A DNA stretch of 64,000 bases from Terriglobia bacterium (lineage in GTDB: Bacteria; Acidobacteriota; Terriglobia; 20CM-2-55-15): positions 704,001 through 768,000 of the forward strand of contig CAXWPJ010000002.1 of assembly GCA_963664115.2 (NCBI GenBank), read 5' to 3'. A model generated the notes under the pieces. It made no database searches. It had not been told where the DNA came from and worked only from the letters and a program-made list of their open reading frames with translations. Position 1 is the stretch's first letter. Each line of letters begins with the position of its first letter. The position numbers and the translations under genes are program-made. Shown in pieces: positions 1-11,724 of this stretch.

Positions 1-204
1 GAAGGTCTTGACACAGACACTGTAACCCAACCGCTTGTGGCAGCAAGCTGTGCGGCCGAGCTCTGCCTCGAGCTTCGCGAGCAGGGCGTTGATGACTTCC
101 ATTTCTATACCTTGAACCGGCCCGAACTCACTTCCGCGACCTGCCGTATGCTCGGGATCAAGCCCAACAACGTGCCCACCCCGGCAGAGGCCCCGGCGTT
201 ATGA
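1..204 (+). CDS. metF: Methylenetetrahydrofolate reductase, 3' end (partial)
   Basis: Frame 1 reads ...[20 protein letters not shown]...; the FHFYTLN motif is the MetF C-terminus. The stop overlaps the metH start (ATGA). Confidence 0.85.
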   Translation, partial: EGLDTDTVTQPLVAASCAAELCLELREQGVDDFHFYTLNRPELTSATCRMLGIKPNNVPTPAEAPAL

Positions 205-3200
205 CACGAAGCGAACGTCTTGTTCTGCTCCATAGAGAAGCCGAATCGCGCATCCTGGTCCTCGATGGTGCGATGGGTACGATGATTCAGCAGCACCAGT
301 TGAGTGAAGAAGATTTCCGAGGCGATCGATTCAAGGAACACAGCAGGGAAATACGAGGCAACAATGACATCGTCGCGCTGTCGCAACCTGACCTGTTGCG
401 CGAAATCCATACGCGGTACTTTCGGGCCGGTGCGGATATCGGCAAGACGAATACCTTCAATGCGAACGCGATATCGCAAGCGGATTACGACATGGTGGAC
501 TTCGTATACGAACTCAACCATGCGGCTGCCACGATAGCCAGGGAAGCTGCGGTGGCAGTTGAGGCCGCGGACGGCCGTCCCCGCTTTGTGGCGGGTGTTT
601 TGGGTCCTACGAACCGGACGGCTTCAATGTCGCCCGATGTTAACGATCCTGGATTTCGGAACATCACCTTCGATCTCCTGCGGGAAGCTTACCTCAACCA
701 GGCGCGCGCCCTTGTCGATGCCGGTGTCGACATTCTGTTGCTGGAGACGATTTTCGACACGCTCAACGCCAAGGCCGCTTTGTTTGCGATCGACGAGCTT
801 TTCGAGGAGGTCGGGGGCAGCCTTCCGATAATGATTTCCGGTACGATCACGGATCGTTCCGGCCGGCTCCTTTCCGGACAGACAGTCGAAGCCTTTTGGA
901 ATTCGATCCGTCATGCCGAGCCCTTTGCCGTCGGCCTCAACTGCGCCCTCGGTGCGAAAGAACTCCGTCAGTACGTCGAGGAACTGTCCGCGCTTGCCCA
1001 CTGTTTGGTCAGTGCCCATCCGAATCTCGGCCTTCCTAACGAACTCGGTGGGTACGACGAACCACCCGAAACCATGGCAGCGCTGGTGGGTGAGTTTGCA
1101 GCATCAGGCCTCGTTAATATTGTGGGTGGCTGTTGTGGTACCACGCCCGATCACATCGCGCAGATCGTAAGGACCGTCAGCGAAGTCAATCCGCGCGTAC
1201 CCCCGGCTCAGAAGAATAGATTGCAATTGTCTGGCCTCGAACCCCTCAATCATGATGCCGGCCGAGCGAGCGAACAAACGGCGACGTTCATCAACATCGG
1301 TGAGCGCGCGAACGTAACCGGTTCGGCAAAGTTCAGAAAACTGATTACTGCCGGTAATTTCGAAGCGGCCCTGGAAGTGGCCCGTCAGCAGGTCCAGAAC
1401 GGAGCCCAGATCATCGACGTCAATATGGACGAAGGCATGCTGGATTCCGAAGCGGTCATGTTGAAGTTTCTGAACCTGATCGCCGGGGAGCCGGATATTG
1501 CCCGGGTCCCGGTGATGATCGATTCGTCCAAATGGTCGGTTCTCGAAGCGGGTCTCCGATCGGTGCAGGGCAAGTCGGTCGTGAACTCGATCAGTCTCAA
1601 AGAAGGTGAAGCACCCTTCCTGCGGCAGGCGCGGCTCGCGAAACGTTACGGCGCAGCCATCGTTGTTATGGCGTTCGACGAAAGCGGCCAGGCCGACACG
1701 GCGGACCGCAAAGTCGAGATCTGCACGCGCTGCTACAAGCTGCTGACCGAGGAAGTCGGCATGCTTCCTGAAGACATCATTTTCGACCCGAACATATTTC
1801 CGGTGGCGACGGGAATCGAAGAACACAACGAATACGCCGTTGCTTACATCGAAGCTATCCACCGCATCAAAGCAACGCTCCCCCACGCGCATGTGTCCGG
1901 TGGCGTCTCGAACGTGTCGTTTTCGTTCCGGGGGAACAATGCAGTCCGCGAAGCGATGCATTCGGTGTTTCTCTATCACGCGATCCAGGCCGGGATGGAT
2001 ATGGGCATTGTCAACGCTGGTCAGTTGGCGATTTATGAGGACCTCGATTCGGAGCTTCGGGAACAAATCGAAGATGTCGTTTTAAACCGGAGGCCGGATG
2101 CAACCGACCGGCTTGTCGAGCTTGCGGAAAATCTGAAAGGCCAGAAACGCGCCGACAGCGGGCCTGACCTTAGCTGGCGGAACAAGCCTGTTGCGATGCG
2201 CATCGAGCACGCCCTCGTCCACGGTGTCGCGGAGTTCATCGTCCAGGATACGGAAGAAGCTCGAGAAGAAATAGGTAGCCCTCTGGATGTTCTGGAAGGG
2301 CCGTTGATGGACGGCATGAGCAAGGTGGGTGACCTCTTCGGTGCAGGCAAGATGTTTCTGCCGCAGGTCGTCAAGAGCGCACGTGTGATGAAGAAAGCCG
2401 TTGCTCACCTGGTTCCCTTCATGGAGAAAGAAAAGTTGGAACGGGGGGATACCTCGAAAACTGCAGGGCGCGTTGTGCTCGCCACGGCCAGGGGAGATGT
2501 TCATGACATCGGAAAAAACATCGTCGCCGTTGTGTTGCAGTGCAACAATTTCGAAGTGGTGGATCTGGGCGTCATGGTGCCCGCGGCAGAAATTCTGGAG
2601 ACGGCACGCGCCATGGAGGCAGATTTGATCGGTGTGTCGGGTTTGATTACGCCGAGCCTGGACGAGATGTGTCACGTCGCCGCAGAAATGGAAAGGGAAG
2701 GTTTCGACATACCCTTGCTGATCGGTGGTGCGACGACCAGTCGCCTGCACACCGCGGTCAAGATCAGTCCGAACTACTCGAATGGGCCGACGATTCATGT
2801 CGCCGACGCATCACGCGCTGTTGGAACCGTGGGGAACCTTATGTCCCGGGACCAGCGTGAAAACTACATAAGTGAGATCAGTAAGGAATACACGCGTATC
2901 CGGGAAACGTACCTGGCACAGGACAGGAGCCAGGCAATGTTGACGTTGACCCAGGCCCGAGCCAACCAAGTTACCATTGACTGGTCCAGGTACATCCCAC
3001 AACGACCCAGTTTCACGGGACTCAAAACGTTTACTGCATATGATCTTGCCGAATTAGTCGACTACATCGATTGGGGACCATTCTTTCATGCGTGGGAACT
3101 GTCAGGACGCTTTCCCAACATTTTGGACGATCCCAGGAAGGGGAAAGCGGCACACGCTCTGTTCGACGACGCCAAGGCGATGTTGAAGCAGATCGTCGAT

Positions 3201-3935
3201 GAAGCTTGGATTTCGGCTCGTGCCGTCATCGGTTTCTGGCCCGCGAACACTGAGGGAGACGACATTCTCGTCTACGCGGACGATGAACGAACCACCTCCC
3301 GTGGTATCTTCCACACCTTACGCCAGCAGTTGGTCAAGTCGTCTGGCCGCAGGAACGTCGCTCTTGCCGACTATATTGCGCCAGCAGAGTCTGGAGTTTC
3401 CGACTATCTCGGTGGCTTCGCCGTGACCACGGGTCACGGTGAACGCTCACGCGTGGAGCGCTTCAAAAGCGAACACGACGACTACTCGGCTCTCATACTC
3501 CAGGCGCTCACAGACCGATTTGCTGAGGCCCTTGCCGAACGTATGCACGAGCGGGTACGGCATGAATTCTGGGGTTATTCCCCCGGGGAGGATCTCGATG
3601 CGAATGAACTTATTGCCCAGCGTTATCGCGGGATTCGGCCGGCTCCCGGCTATCCTGCCCAGCCCGACCACACGGAAAAAGGCTTCCTGTTCGACATCCT
3701 TGAGGCGGAGGCCAGGACTGGCATAAAGCTCACTGAAAGCTATGCCATGTGGCCGGGTGCTTCCGTCAGCGGACTCTATTTCAGCCATCCCGAGAGCCGG
3801 TACTTCGGTGTGGGTAAGATCGCACGGGATCAGATCGAAGACTACGCGCAGCGCAAAGGCATGAGCCGTTCTGAGTGCGAAAAGTGGTTGGCCCCGATCC
3901 TGGGTTACGTACCGGACGCGCGCGACGTCGCTTAA
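201..3935 (+). CDS. metH: Cobalamin-dependent methionine synthase
   Basis: 1244 aa with [16 protein letters not shown], the cobalamin motif [11 protein letters not shown] and a C-terminal [12 protein letters not shown] activation domain. Confidence 0.98.
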   Translation: MTRSERLVLLHREAESRILVLDGAMGTMIQQHQLSEEDFRGDRFKEHSREIRGNNDIVALSQPDLLREIHTRYFRAGADIGKTNTFNANAISQADYDMVDFVYELNHAAATIAREAAVAVEAADGRPRFVAGVLGPTNRTASMSPDVNDPGFRNITFDLLREAYLNQARALVDAGVDILLLETIFDTLNAKAALFAIDELFEEVGGSLPIMISGTITDRSGRLLSGQTVEAFWNSIRHAEPFAVGLNCALGAKELRQYVEELSALAHCLVSAHPNLGLPNELGGYDEPPETMAALVGEFAASGLVNIVGGCCGTTPDHIAQIVRTVSEVNPRVPPAQKNRLQLSGLEPLNHDAGRASEQTATFINIGERANVTGSAKFRKLITAGNFEAALEVARQQVQNGAQIIDVNMDEGMLDSEAVMLKFLNLIAGEPDIARVPVMIDSSKWSVLEAGLRSVQGKSVVNSISLKEGEAPFLRQARLAKRYGAAIVVMAFDESGQADTADRKVEICTRCYKLLTEEVGMLPEDIIFDPNIFPVATGIEEHNEYAVAYIEAIHRIKATLPHAHVSGGVSNVSFSFRGNNAVREAMHSVFLYHAIQAGMDMGIVNAGQLAIYEDLDSELREQIEDVVLNRRPDATDRLVELAENLKGQKRADSGPDLSWRNKPVAMRIEHALVHGVAEFIVQDTEEAREEIGSPLDVLEGPLMDGMSKVGDLFGAGKMFLPQVVKSARVMKKAVAHLVPFMEKEKLERGDTSKTAGRVVLATARGDVHDIGKNIVAVVLQCNNFEVVDLGVMVPAAEILETARAMEADLIGVSGLITPSLDEMCHVAAEMEREGFDIPLLIGGATTSRLHTAVKISPNYSNGPTIHVADASRAVGTVGNLMSRDQRENYISEISKEYTRIRETYLAQDRSQAMLTLTQARANQVTIDWSRYIPQRPSFTGLKTFTAYDLAELVDYIDWGPFFHAWELSGRFPNILDDPRKGKAAHALFDDAKAMLKQIVDEAWISARAVIGFWPANTEGDDILVYADDERTTSRGIFHTLRQQLVKSSGRRNVALADYIAPAESGVSDYLGGFAVTTGHGERSRVERFKSEHDDYSALILQALTDRFAEALAERMHERVRHEFWGYSPGEDLDANELIAQRYRGIRPAPGYPAQPDHTEKGFLFDILEAEARTGIKLTESYAMWPGASVSGLYFSHPESRYFGVGKIARDQIEDYAQRKGMSRSECEKWLAPILGYVPDARDVA

Positions 3936-3983
3936 GGGTTAAGCGCTCGACGTAAAATCGACTATACGAGGAAGTGCCTTCGC

Positions 3984-4027
3984 CATTCTCAACTCCTGAC
4001 AGACCATCCTGTCTGAAGTTGAGAATT
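3984..4027 (-). repeat. Distant copy of palindromic repeat R; hairpin between convergent genes, possible terminator
   Basis: Reverse complement AATTCTCAACTTCAGACAGGATGGTCTGTCAGGAGTTGAGAAT aligns with R (AATTCTCAACGTCCGACAAGATGATTTGTCAGGACTTGA). Confidence 0.6.
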
Positions 4028-4079
4028 TCAGCAAAGGGAAGCTAGAAGGCAGCCGGACGCTTTCTCTGCGGTACGCGGA

Positions 4080-4529
4080 TCAGTTATAGGGTACCCATGT
4101 TTCTCGTCCACCCCCCACAAACAAAGGTATATGGGGTGAGCCTTTGTGACAGGTAGCGCAACTTACCTTGACGTCGCCGGAGGCGAAGGGTTCCTGTTCG
4201 TTCAGCACCTGGACCATCCGGATCATCTGCCGAGCGGTTTGCTTCATACTGGTTTCGGGGACGTAGTCCGTCACGCCATCCTCACCAAGAAAGTGACAAT
4301 ACCTGCACCGCGCACCTAGCTGATCTCTGATCGTAGTCATCTGTGACCGCACTTCACCGTAATCCATGCCTGTGAAGATCTCGATGTTGACCAGTTCTGG
4401 TGGAGGCCCCTCCTGCCCCTGGGCATTGGTTGGCTGTGCACCAAAAACGAGCGTTACCGCGACTAGAGCAATCAATGTAACCAGTGAAAACGAATATTTC
4501 CTCATAGTTCCAGTTCCTCCCGGTGGCAA
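4080..4529 (-). CDS. Secreted diheme c-type cytochrome, resembling the photosynthetic reaction-centre cytochrome c family
   Basis: Signal peptide, CRYCH and CATCH heme motifs, and a 'K.TARQMIRMV..LN' segment. Confidence 0.75.
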   Translation of the reverse strand: MPPGGTGTMRKYSFSLVTLIALVAVTLVFGAQPTNAQGQEGPPPELVNIEIFTGMDYGEVRSQMTTIRDQLGARCRYCHFLGEDGVTDYVPETSMKQTARQMIRMVQVLNEQEPFASGDVKVSCATCHKGSPHIPLFVGGGRETWVPYN

Positions 4530-4567
4530 ATAGTAACATAGAAGAAGTTCGTTTTGAATTGTGGCTG

Positions 4568-5722
4568 CTAGGCCAGCGCCTGTTCGAAGTCTTCAGCCAG
4601 CTCTACCTCAGATTCGATGCCGACCGACAGTCGCAACAGTGCGTCCGGGAAATCCAGGCGCCGACGCTCCTCCGGTGACATCGCAGAATGTGTCGTGATT
4701 GCGGGTCGTGTGATGAGCGTTTCGACCCCTCCCAGGCTGACCGCGTTGATTGGCAATACGACACGTTCGATGAATCGCTGGGCGGCATCGACACCGCCTT
4801 CGAGTTCGAAGCTCAGCATGCCGCCTGAGCCATCGAAAATATCTGCCGCGATCCCGTAACCGGGGTGCGATTTCAGTCCGGGGTAATGGACACCGACGAC
4901 CTTTGGGTGCGCTTCGAGCAGCCGGGCCAGCTTCAGGGCTGTGGCGTTCTGGCGTTCGACCCTCAGCGCCAGGGTCTTGATGCCACGGTGCAGGAGGAAC
5001 GCGGCATGAGGATCGAGCGACCCCCCGAGATGACTCAGCCTGTGTGTAATTCGTTCCACCAGATCGGTGCGGCCGATGCACGCTCCAGCAACGATATCGG
5101 AGTGTCCGTTCAGATATTTCGTTGCGCTGTGGAGCGACAGGTCGATGCCCACTTCGGAGGGACGGAAGTTTATCGGGCTGGCGAAGGTATTGTCGATCAT
5201 CGATATCAATCCGTTGGAGCGGGCAAACTCCACTGCGGCGCGGACGTCGGGAACGCGGAGCAAAGGGTTGGATATCGTTTCAAGGTAGATAGCTCGGGTG
5301 TTTGACCGTCTCTTATCGGCCCAGGATTGGGGGTCGGATCCGTTGACGAAATCGAAATCGATACCGAAGGCGGGGAAGTCTTCTGTAATCAGGTGGTGGG
5401 TCCCTCCATAGAGGCAGTCCTGGATGAGCAGGTGGTCTCCGGCGGAAAGGAATGTGAGGAGAGCCGTCGAAATGGCGGCCATGCCGCTCAAGGTCACGAC
5501 GGCGGCTTCAGCGTTCTCAAGTGCAGCGAGCTTCTTCGCAACCGCCTGCTGGTTCGGCGTGTTATTGAGACGGATGTAAGGGATCTCATCGTATCCAGCC
5601 TCACCACCATACTCATACATGGCTGTCTGGAAGATTGGCATCGAAATCGAGCCGCCAATCCGCGGTTGGGGTTCCCCGCTTCGGATGACCTTCGTCTGGA
5701 TGTGCCTGAATTCGTCGGGCAT
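4568..5722 (-). CDS. Cys/Met metabolism PLP-dependent enzyme (cystathionine gamma-synthase/lyase or methionine gamma-lyase family)
   Basis: DNTFASP, HSATKYLNGHSD (PLP lysine) and SLGGVETL motifs; start taken at ATG 5722. Confidence 0.92.
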   Translation of the reverse strand: MPDEFRHIQTKVIRSGEPQPRIGGSISMPIFQTAMYEYGGEAGYDEIPYIRLNNTPNQQAVAKKLAALENAEAAVVTLSGMAAISTALLTFLSAGDHLLIQDCLYGGTHHLITEDFPAFGIDFDFVNGSDPQSWADKRRSNTRAIYLETISNPLLRVPDVRAAVEFARSNGLISMIDNTFASPINFRPSEVGIDLSLHSATKYLNGHSDIVAGACIGRTDLVERITHRLSHLGGSLDPHAAFLLHRGIKTLALRVERQNATALKLARLLEAHPKVVGVHYPGLKSHPGYGIAADIFDGSGGMLSFELEGGVDAAQRFIERVVLPINAVSLGGVETLITRPAITTHSAMSPEERRRLDFPDALLRLSVGIESEVELAEDFEQALA

Positions 5723-5967
5723 CGTTTCATCTCCGGTAGCTCGAGCGTTGGGGTCTCCTGATGCTAACAGGACGGGTCGGCCTGATCGCAAGACTCGAGC
5801 TTTTTCTTGCCTGAGACCTTAAGTAATTCGACCGTTGGATTTGCTTCCAAGTCCTTCCTTTCGCGATAATTACAAAGATTTCCCCCGGGTCGTCGGGTCC
5901 TCCCCAACTGGCACGCGCTGATTCAATACCGGAAAGGGGCGGTATCCGGCCCTCGCATCAGGAGTTC

Positions 5968-7554
5968 GTGATGTCGGAGACTATCGAAGTATACGATTCC
6001 ACCTTGCGCGATGGCGCCCAGGGGGAGGGGATCGCCTTTTCCCTCAAGGACAAGCTGCTCATTGCCCGGCGGCTTGATGACCTCGGAGTTCACTATATCG
6101 AGGGGGGCTGGCCCAATCCTACCAATCCCAAGGATCTGGCGTTCTTCGAGCAAGTGGGACAACTCGGCCTCAAGGCTAAGGTGACGGCCTTCGGCAGCAC
6201 GCGCCGCGCGACGAACCGTCCCGAAGATGACGCCACGCTGAACACCTTGCTCATGGCGGGCACCCAGAGCATCGCTATATTCGGCAAGAGCTGGACCCTG
6301 CACGTCGAAGAGGTCCTGGGCACGACCCTGGAAGAAAACCTTCGGTTGATAGAAGATTCAGTGGCTTTCCTGGTGGGGCACGATCGCGAGGTCGTTTATG
6401 ACGCCGAGCACTTTTTTGACGGCTGCAAAGCTGATTCCGCTTACGCGCTGGAGACGCTTCTTGCCGCCCAGCGGGGCGGCGCGCGCATCGTCGTATTGTG
6501 CGACACCAACGGCGGAACGCTCACCACCGAAATGGGCCGCATCATCGAAGACGTGAAACAGAAAATCGATACGCCCTTTGGAATTCATGCCCACAACGAT
6601 GCGGGCGTGGGCGTCGCCAATTCGCTGATCGCCGTTGAGCTGGGAGCGGTTCAGGTGCAGGGCACGTTCAACGGTTACGGGGAGCGTTGCGGTAACGCCA
6701 GCCTGTGTTCCATCATCCCCAATCTCGAACTCAAGATGGGTAAGCAGAGTATCGGGTCTGACAAGCTCCAGGATCTTGTCGAATTCTCCCGCTTTCTCAG
6801 CGAGATTGCCAATGCGTATCACGATCACCGCCAGCCCTATGTGGGCGATAGCGCTTTCGCGCACAAAGGCGGCGCCCATATCGACGGAGTCATGAAGGTG
6901 GCACACTCCTTCGAACACGTGATTCCCGAGACTGTGGGTAACGCGCGTCGATTCCTGGTTTCGGACCAGAGCGGGGGCAGCACGATCGTGAGCAAGCTGC
7001 GTCGCTTCCTGCCTGAGATAGACAAGAAGGATCCGCTGGTGGGCGAGTTACTGGAACGCGTGAAGCAACTCGAACACGAGGGGTACCAGTTTGAAGCGGC
7101 GGAGGGTTCCTTTGAGCTGATGGCGAGGCGGGTTCAGGGTACCTACGAAGACGTGTTCCAGCTGGTGGAATTCCGCACAATCAATCGCCGGGTCGGGGAC
7201 GAGGCCGAGGCGGCGGAGGCCATCGTCAAGGTACGGGTGAACGGCCAGCTCTATCACACGGTGGCCGGGGGAGACGGTCCGGTGAACTCCCTGGACCAGG
7301 CTCTGCGCAAGGCGCTGGAGCAGGAGTATCCGAGTATTCGCGATGTGCACCTGGAAGATTACAAGGTGCGCGTGCTCTCAAGCGGTGACGGTACGGCAGG
7401 CAGGGTGCGTGTGCTGATCCAGTCTTCAGACGGGAGTGACGTGTGGGGTACGGTCGGCGTGTCGGAGAACATCATCGAGGCCAGCTGGATCGCGTTGGCG
7501 GATAGCCTGCACTTCAAATTGATGAATGATGCGCGAGAAGCGAAGCGGGGCTAA
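5968..7554 (+). CDS. cimA: Citramalate synthase (LeuA/CimA family)
   Basis: YDSTLRDGAQGEG, YDAEHFFDG, HAHND, AFAHKGG and a C-terminal regulatory domain. Confidence 0.9.
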   Translation: MMSETIEVYDSTLRDGAQGEGIAFSLKDKLLIARRLDDLGVHYIEGGWPNPTNPKDLAFFEQVGQLGLKAKVTAFGSTRRATNRPEDDATLNTLLMAGTQSIAIFGKSWTLHVEEVLGTTLEENLRLIEDSVAFLVGHDREVVYDAEHFFDGCKADSAYALETLLAAQRGGARIVVLCDTNGGTLTTEMGRIIEDVKQKIDTPFGIHAHNDAGVGVANSLIAVELGAVQVQGTFNGYGERCGNASLCSIIPNLELKMGKQSIGSDKLQDLVEFSRFLSEIANAYHDHRQPYVGDSAFAHKGGAHIDGVMKVAHSFEHVIPETVGNARRFLVSDQSGGSTIVSKLRRFLPEIDKKDPLVGELLERVKQLEHEGYQFEAAEGSFELMARRVQGTYEDVFQLVEFRTINRRVGDEAEAAEAIVKVRVNGQLYHTVAGGDGPVNSLDQALRKALEQEYPSIRDVHLEDYKVRVLSSGDGTAGRVRVLIQSSDGSDVWGTVGVSENIIEASWIALADSLHFKLMNDAREAKRG

Positions 7555-7671
7555 CAATCAGCGACGGCGGGCCGGGAGCTGATTCAATTGATGCCGTGCA
7601 TTGGATCTTGTAGACTGACGCCAACCGTAGCCGGAAGGCTCAGGTCGTTCTTGTCTGAGGAGGAGTTCTAG

Positions 7672-8391
7672 ATGAAATCCGCATTTTTGCTAAGCGCGAC
7701 CGCAGTGCTTGTCGTGTTGAGCATGGCCCCGATCACTTCCATCGCGCAATCGGAGTCCATTCCCGACCTGAGCGGCCTGTGGATGGGCGCGGGCGACGCT
7801 GTCTTGAGCCCGAACTTCGCGCGGCAACTGGGAAGAGAACTGCCGTTCACCGACTACGGCCTTGAGCGTTATGAAAACTTTGATCACGCTCTGGACACAG
7901 GCGGCCTCTGCCTGCCGCTCGGTCCCACGCGGACGATGCAGGTCAACCTTCCGTTGAGGATCGTCCAAACTCCCGATCTGCTCCTGATCGCCTACGAAAT
8001 CCGCCATACGTTTCGTGTGATCTATACCGATGGCCGGGATCATCCGGATATTGTTTTCGGTTATCCGGAATGGATGGGACATTCCGTCGGCCGTTATGAG
8101 GGTGACGCTCTCCTGGTGGAGACCGTAGGTATTAATCCCAGAGCCAACCTGGACAACCAGGGCCATGAGCACAGCGACCAGTTGCGTCTTGAGGAACGGT
8201 TTCGACGAAGCGGGGAGAACACGCTTCGGTGGGATGTGACATTCCACGATCCCGTATTTTTCACCGAACCCTTTACGATATCGAAAACTTTCGAAATTCA
8301 GGAAAACGACCGTCTCATGGACTATACGTGCACCGAGAACCAGAAGGATGCCGAACATCTGGTTCCCGGAGTCGTGATCGGCCCACAGTGA
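7672..8391 (+). CDS. Secreted hypothetical protein (PDLSG.W family; paralogues at 19888 and 22339)
   Basis: Signal peptide and conserved PDLSGLW, CLPLG, GHSVGRYEGD and YTCTEN motifs; RBS GAGGAG upstream. Confidence 0.8.
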   Translation: MKSAFLLSATAVLVVLSMAPITSIAQSESIPDLSGLWMGAGDAVLSPNFARQLGRELPFTDYGLERYENFDHALDTGGLCLPLGPTRTMQVNLPLRIVQTPDLLLIAYEIRHTFRVIYTDGRDHPDIVFGYPEWMGHSVGRYEGDALLVETVGINPRANLDNQGHEHSDQLRLEERFRRSGENTLRWDVTFHDPVFFTEPFTISKTFEIQENDRLMDYTCTENQKDAEHLVPGVVIGPQ

Positions 8392-8416
8392 GCACTGGAC
8401 TGGAGGATTTAAGTTT

Positions 8417-8812
8417 ATGAAACGCAATTTGTTGATTGTTTTTGCTGTTGTTCCGATTCTGGCTCTGACGGGGGCGACCCTGAGTGCCCACCATTCTTTC
8501 GCAGCCCAATACGATGTCAACAACCCCATTACGATTGAGGGCACCATAACGAAAGTCGAGTGGATGAGCCCGCACGTCTATTTCTACGTGGATGTCGAAC
8601 GCGACGGACGCGTGCTCAACTATGGAGTCGAAAACGGTGCACCAACGCGTCTTTACCGGCAGGGATGGCAGCCGGATACCTTGAAGATTGGCGACACAGT
8701 GATCGTCGAGGGATCCCTGGCGCGGGACGGGTCTCCGCTTGTGAATGCGTCGAACGTTTCCAAAGACGGGCGGCGTTTGTTCGCGGGTTCGTCGATTCCT
8801 GATCCGCAGTGA
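8417..8812 (+). CDS. DUF6152-like secreted protein
   Basis: AHHSFAAQYD after the signal peptide, W.SPH motif, OB-fold-like pattern. Confidence 0.8.
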   Translation: MKRNLLIVFAVVPILALTGATLSAHHSFAAQYDVNNPITIEGTITKVEWMSPHVYFYVDVERDGRVLNYGVENGAPTRLYRQGWQPDTLKIGDTVIVEGSLARDGSPLVNASNVSKDGRRLFAGSSIPDPQ

Positions 8813-8885
8813 GGGAGTACCGGAGATAGGCGGTGCGTATTATTGGGGCCCTGAGTTGAAGGTTGTGCTAAATAATTTCGTTCTG

Positions 8886-9086
8886 TCCGATCCGATTATC
8901 TTATCACTCTGAACGCCTCGGCTACCGCCTCGTTGTTCACCCGCAGCGAGGAACGCTGCGGGTTTGTTTGAAGAACTGCATCAATTTTTCTCTTAATCCC
9001 CAATACGCCTCTCCATCAGGATGATGGAGAGGGTCGCCGGTCGTTCGGACAGGATGTCCGAATGAACGACCGAGCGAAATCTTCTA
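8886..9086. repeat. Multi-hairpin intergenic element E, copy 1
   Basis: Similar to 11725-11923 (inverted) and 19624-19853. Hairpins include ACCCGCAGCG-aggaa-CGCTGCGGGT and CCTCTCCATCA-gga-TGATGGAGAGG. Confidence 0.9.
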
Positions 9087-9144
9087 GCGCGATTTTCCAA
9101 TCTAGTTAGTTACGCTGGATCTTCAGCGAATTTGAAGACTGAGG

Positions 9145-9174
9145 AAACGGGATGCCAGAAAGGCATCCCGTTTT
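9145..9174. terminator. Intrinsic terminator, probably bidirectional
   Basis: AAACGGGATGCC-agaaa-GGCATCCCGTTTT between convergent genes. Confidence 0.7.
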
Positions 9175-9207
9175 AATTTGGAGTGTGCGGTTGTCCGCGA
9201 ACTTACT

Positions 9208-10659
9208 CTAAAACTCCACCGCCGCGGCGTCGGCCATGACGACGTCTTTATATACCGGCAGAGCCCAGCCTTCCCGCACTCGCTGGTCGTAATTTTGCTC
9301 GACTTTAGCTCGGTAGTTCTGGGGGTTGCCATAAAGTTCTCTCAATTGGTCCTTGGAGAACGCGATCTCATAGCCGGCCAGTCCGCAGAGCTGGTTCTGT
9401 GCCTGCGGTCCGCGATTCCCGACGAAGGGGTGTGGATTCGTAATGGGCGGTTCGGCGCCCTGGTTACGCACAGAGATCTTCTTGATCGGAACGTCGACGT
9501 AGGGGTTGCGGATGCCCCCGATCGCGTTTCCATTCGAGTCCAGCGCCATGTGCGAGCCGTCGTTGGCTGTGTTGCGGTCCATCCAGATGCGATCCGCACG
9601 CGGCGGCGTGATGCCCGCGTCCACCCATTGAAACAGGTGGTTCAACGCGACGGACATATAGGCGGCCATCGGGAAGCGGCTGATCGGGAACTTACAGGGA
9701 TCCGGGTAATAGGCTATGGCATCCCTGGAGTCGATGTGCGCCATTCCAGCAAACTCATAGGACCTGTACTGATCACCGGGTGTGTCACCGTCCTGCCGCC
9801 GGGTGGCGTTGCCGCCATTGACTTCTGTCATGGTCGGAACCTGGATCATCGGTACATCGATAGCCTGTATCGTTGCACCCGTGCTCGTGGGCAGAAAACC
9901 ATCAAAGATGGGTTCCAGATCGGCAAGCCGCATCGACATGTGGGTCGGCAGGTAGCGGATCAACACACCGGCGGATGCCGAAGTCCCGGCAAGGACCATT
10001 TTTCTTAAGGGAAGTCCGGCCAGAGGATTGTCGGCCTGCTTCGATTTGATCAGGGCTCCGACCTGGGCAATGATCTCGCTGGATTGGCCGTTGGCGATCT
10101 GGAGATCTCCGTAGCGGCCCGGGTTGCGCTCCTCAAAAGCCGTCGGGTTGCTGGTCAGTATGTCGACCGCGATGTGTCCGGAACCGAGCGAGTACAGGTG
10201 CGTGAAATGAAGCATCCAGGCGTTCCCGCTGGGATGCATCGATTCAGCGAGCACCAGGCCGCTGAAGTCCCCGTCGTTGAGCGGTTTGCGAATGACGATA
10301 CGTGTCTTATACGGCGTACCGTTCGCGGTGCCTGAAACGAAGAATTCCTTCGATTCATAATTGAAATGTGCCAGGTTGTCCGTGGCGGGGAGTTCCATCA
10401 GTGACTCGAACATCGCGCCAGGCCCGGTGACTTCTCCTGAAACTACCGCCAGAGGAGAAACGACCTGCCGCACGGGTTCCGCCGCCTGTATCTCACCCCG
10501 ACCGCCTCGGCGCTGCCCGCCAGCGTTTCCGTCTCGCGTCGGAATAGCCGATTGTCCAAAAACAGTCATCGTGCCTATCGCCAGGACTATTGCAACCCGC
10601 GTAATGCGACGCAGTCCCCGATTTAGATTTTTCATGATCTTTTCTTCAAACCCCTTCAT
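9208..10659 (-). CDS. Secreted alpha/beta-hydrolase domain protein
   Basis: Signal peptide, GTSAS nucleophile-like motif, AGMAH, and a C-terminal GNAIGGIRNPY...CGL...LYG segment; related to the split gene at 42378-45844. Confidence 0.75.
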   Translation of the reverse strand: MKGFEEKIMKNLNRGLRRITRVAIVLAIGTMTVFGQSAIPTRDGNAGGQRRGGRGEIQAAEPVRQVVSPLAVVSGEVTGPGAMFESLMELPATDNLAHFNYESKEFFVSGTANGTPYKTRIVIRKPLNDGDFSGLVLAESMHPSGNAWMLHFTHLYSLGSGHIAVDILTSNPTAFEERNPGRYGDLQIANGQSSEIIAQVGALIKSKQADNPLAGLPLRKMVLAGTSASAGVLIRYLPTHMSMRLADLEPIFDGFLPTSTGATIQAIDVPMIQVPTMTEVNGGNATRRQDGDTPGDQYRSYEFAGMAHIDSRDAIAYYPDPCKFPISRFPMAAYMSVALNHLFQWVDAGITPPRADRIWMDRNTANDGSHMALDSNGNAIGGIRNPYVDVPIKKISVRNQGAEPPITNPHPFVGNRGPQAQNQLCGLAGYEIAFSKDQLRELYGNPQNYRAKVEQNYDQRVREGWALPVYKDVVMADAAAVEF

Positions 10660-10912
10660 TTAAATGATGACGAACCCGTCCATCTTTAGTTCCAGACTGC
10701 TTTGGAGTCAAGCATCTTTGATCCAGGCTGTCTGGGAGGTTGACAGAAGACTGCCTCGGACCTGCATATGCAGCCTTACCCTTGTAAACGCACGTCCTGA
10801 GAGACTATGATTCGCCTATCAGCAAATGCTCAGCGGATTTCGCTTTATTGAACCGGTGCGTCAATCGGACGACATCCGGGAAAAACAAACACAAGATAAA
10901 AAGGAAAGCATT

Positions 10913-11587
10913 ATGGAAAGGTCAACAGGCATAGTCATTGCACTCGTAGTTGCAACCCTGCTCGCTGCTCCTCATATGGTCAGTGCGCAGGAGCCGATGA
11001 GTTTCTTCGTCACCAGCGCCGGTCCAGGTGATGGCGCCAACTTAGGCGGACTGGCCGGGGCCGACGCCCACTGCCAGAGTCTTGCCGCTGGCGCGGGTGC
11101 CGGCAACCGGACCTGGCGCGCCTATTTGAGCCAGACGGGAGCAGGCGGCCGAGGTGGTGTAACGCTGGCCGTCAACGCGCGTGATCGTATCGGTTCCGGC
11201 CCCTGGTACAATGCCAATGGTCAACTGATCGCCGTTAACGTCGCCGATCTCCATGGAGACATTCAGCGGGACCGCAACAACGTCAGAAAGCCGACTGCAG
11301 TCGATCAAAACGGGGATCCGGTCAACGGTGTCGGGGATCAACCCAACCAGCATGACATGCTGACCGGGTCAGACTCACGCGGCATGGCGATGATCGGCCG
11401 GCCGCAACAGACGACGTGTAACAACTGGGCCAGTAACGGTGAAGGCAACGCCATAGTCGGTCATCATGACCGTCTGGGTGGCCCGAACGCGTCATGGAAT
11501 GCCGCGCACAGTAGCAACGGTTGCAGCCAGGAGAACCTCGTAGGCACGGGCGGCAACGGCTTGTTCTACTGCTTCGCCACTGATTGA
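10913..11587 (+). CDS. Secreted lectin/endostatin-like hypothetical protein
   Basis: MSFFVTS, NLGGLAGADAHCQ, WRAYLS, GLFYCFA motifs; likely start ATG 10913. Confidence 0.75.
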   Translation: MERSTGIVIALVVATLLAAPHMVSAQEPMSFFVTSAGPGDGANLGGLAGADAHCQSLAAGAGAGNRTWRAYLSQTGAGGRGGVTLAVNARDRIGSGPWYNANGQLIAVNVADLHGDIQRDRNNVRKPTAVDQNGDPVNGVGDQPNQHDMLTGSDSRGMAMIGRPQQTTCNNWASNGEGNAIVGHHDRLGGPNASWNAAHSSNGCSQENLVGTGGNGLFYCFATD

Positions 11588-11724
11588 GCTAGGGTACTTT
11601 CAAGTATTTGACCGCGTAACCGTCGCGATTTGATTCGCGGCGGTTACTGATCTATTGACTGCTAAGCCCCTCCATTATTGGCTCGATAATTACGGCACTA
11701 ACGTCCTGAATCAAAAGCCGGGGA

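Noticed and set aside
5723-5967. SAM riboswitch or leader between the Cys/Met enzyme and cimA
   Set aside because: No recognisable aptamer consensus or leader peptide by eye.
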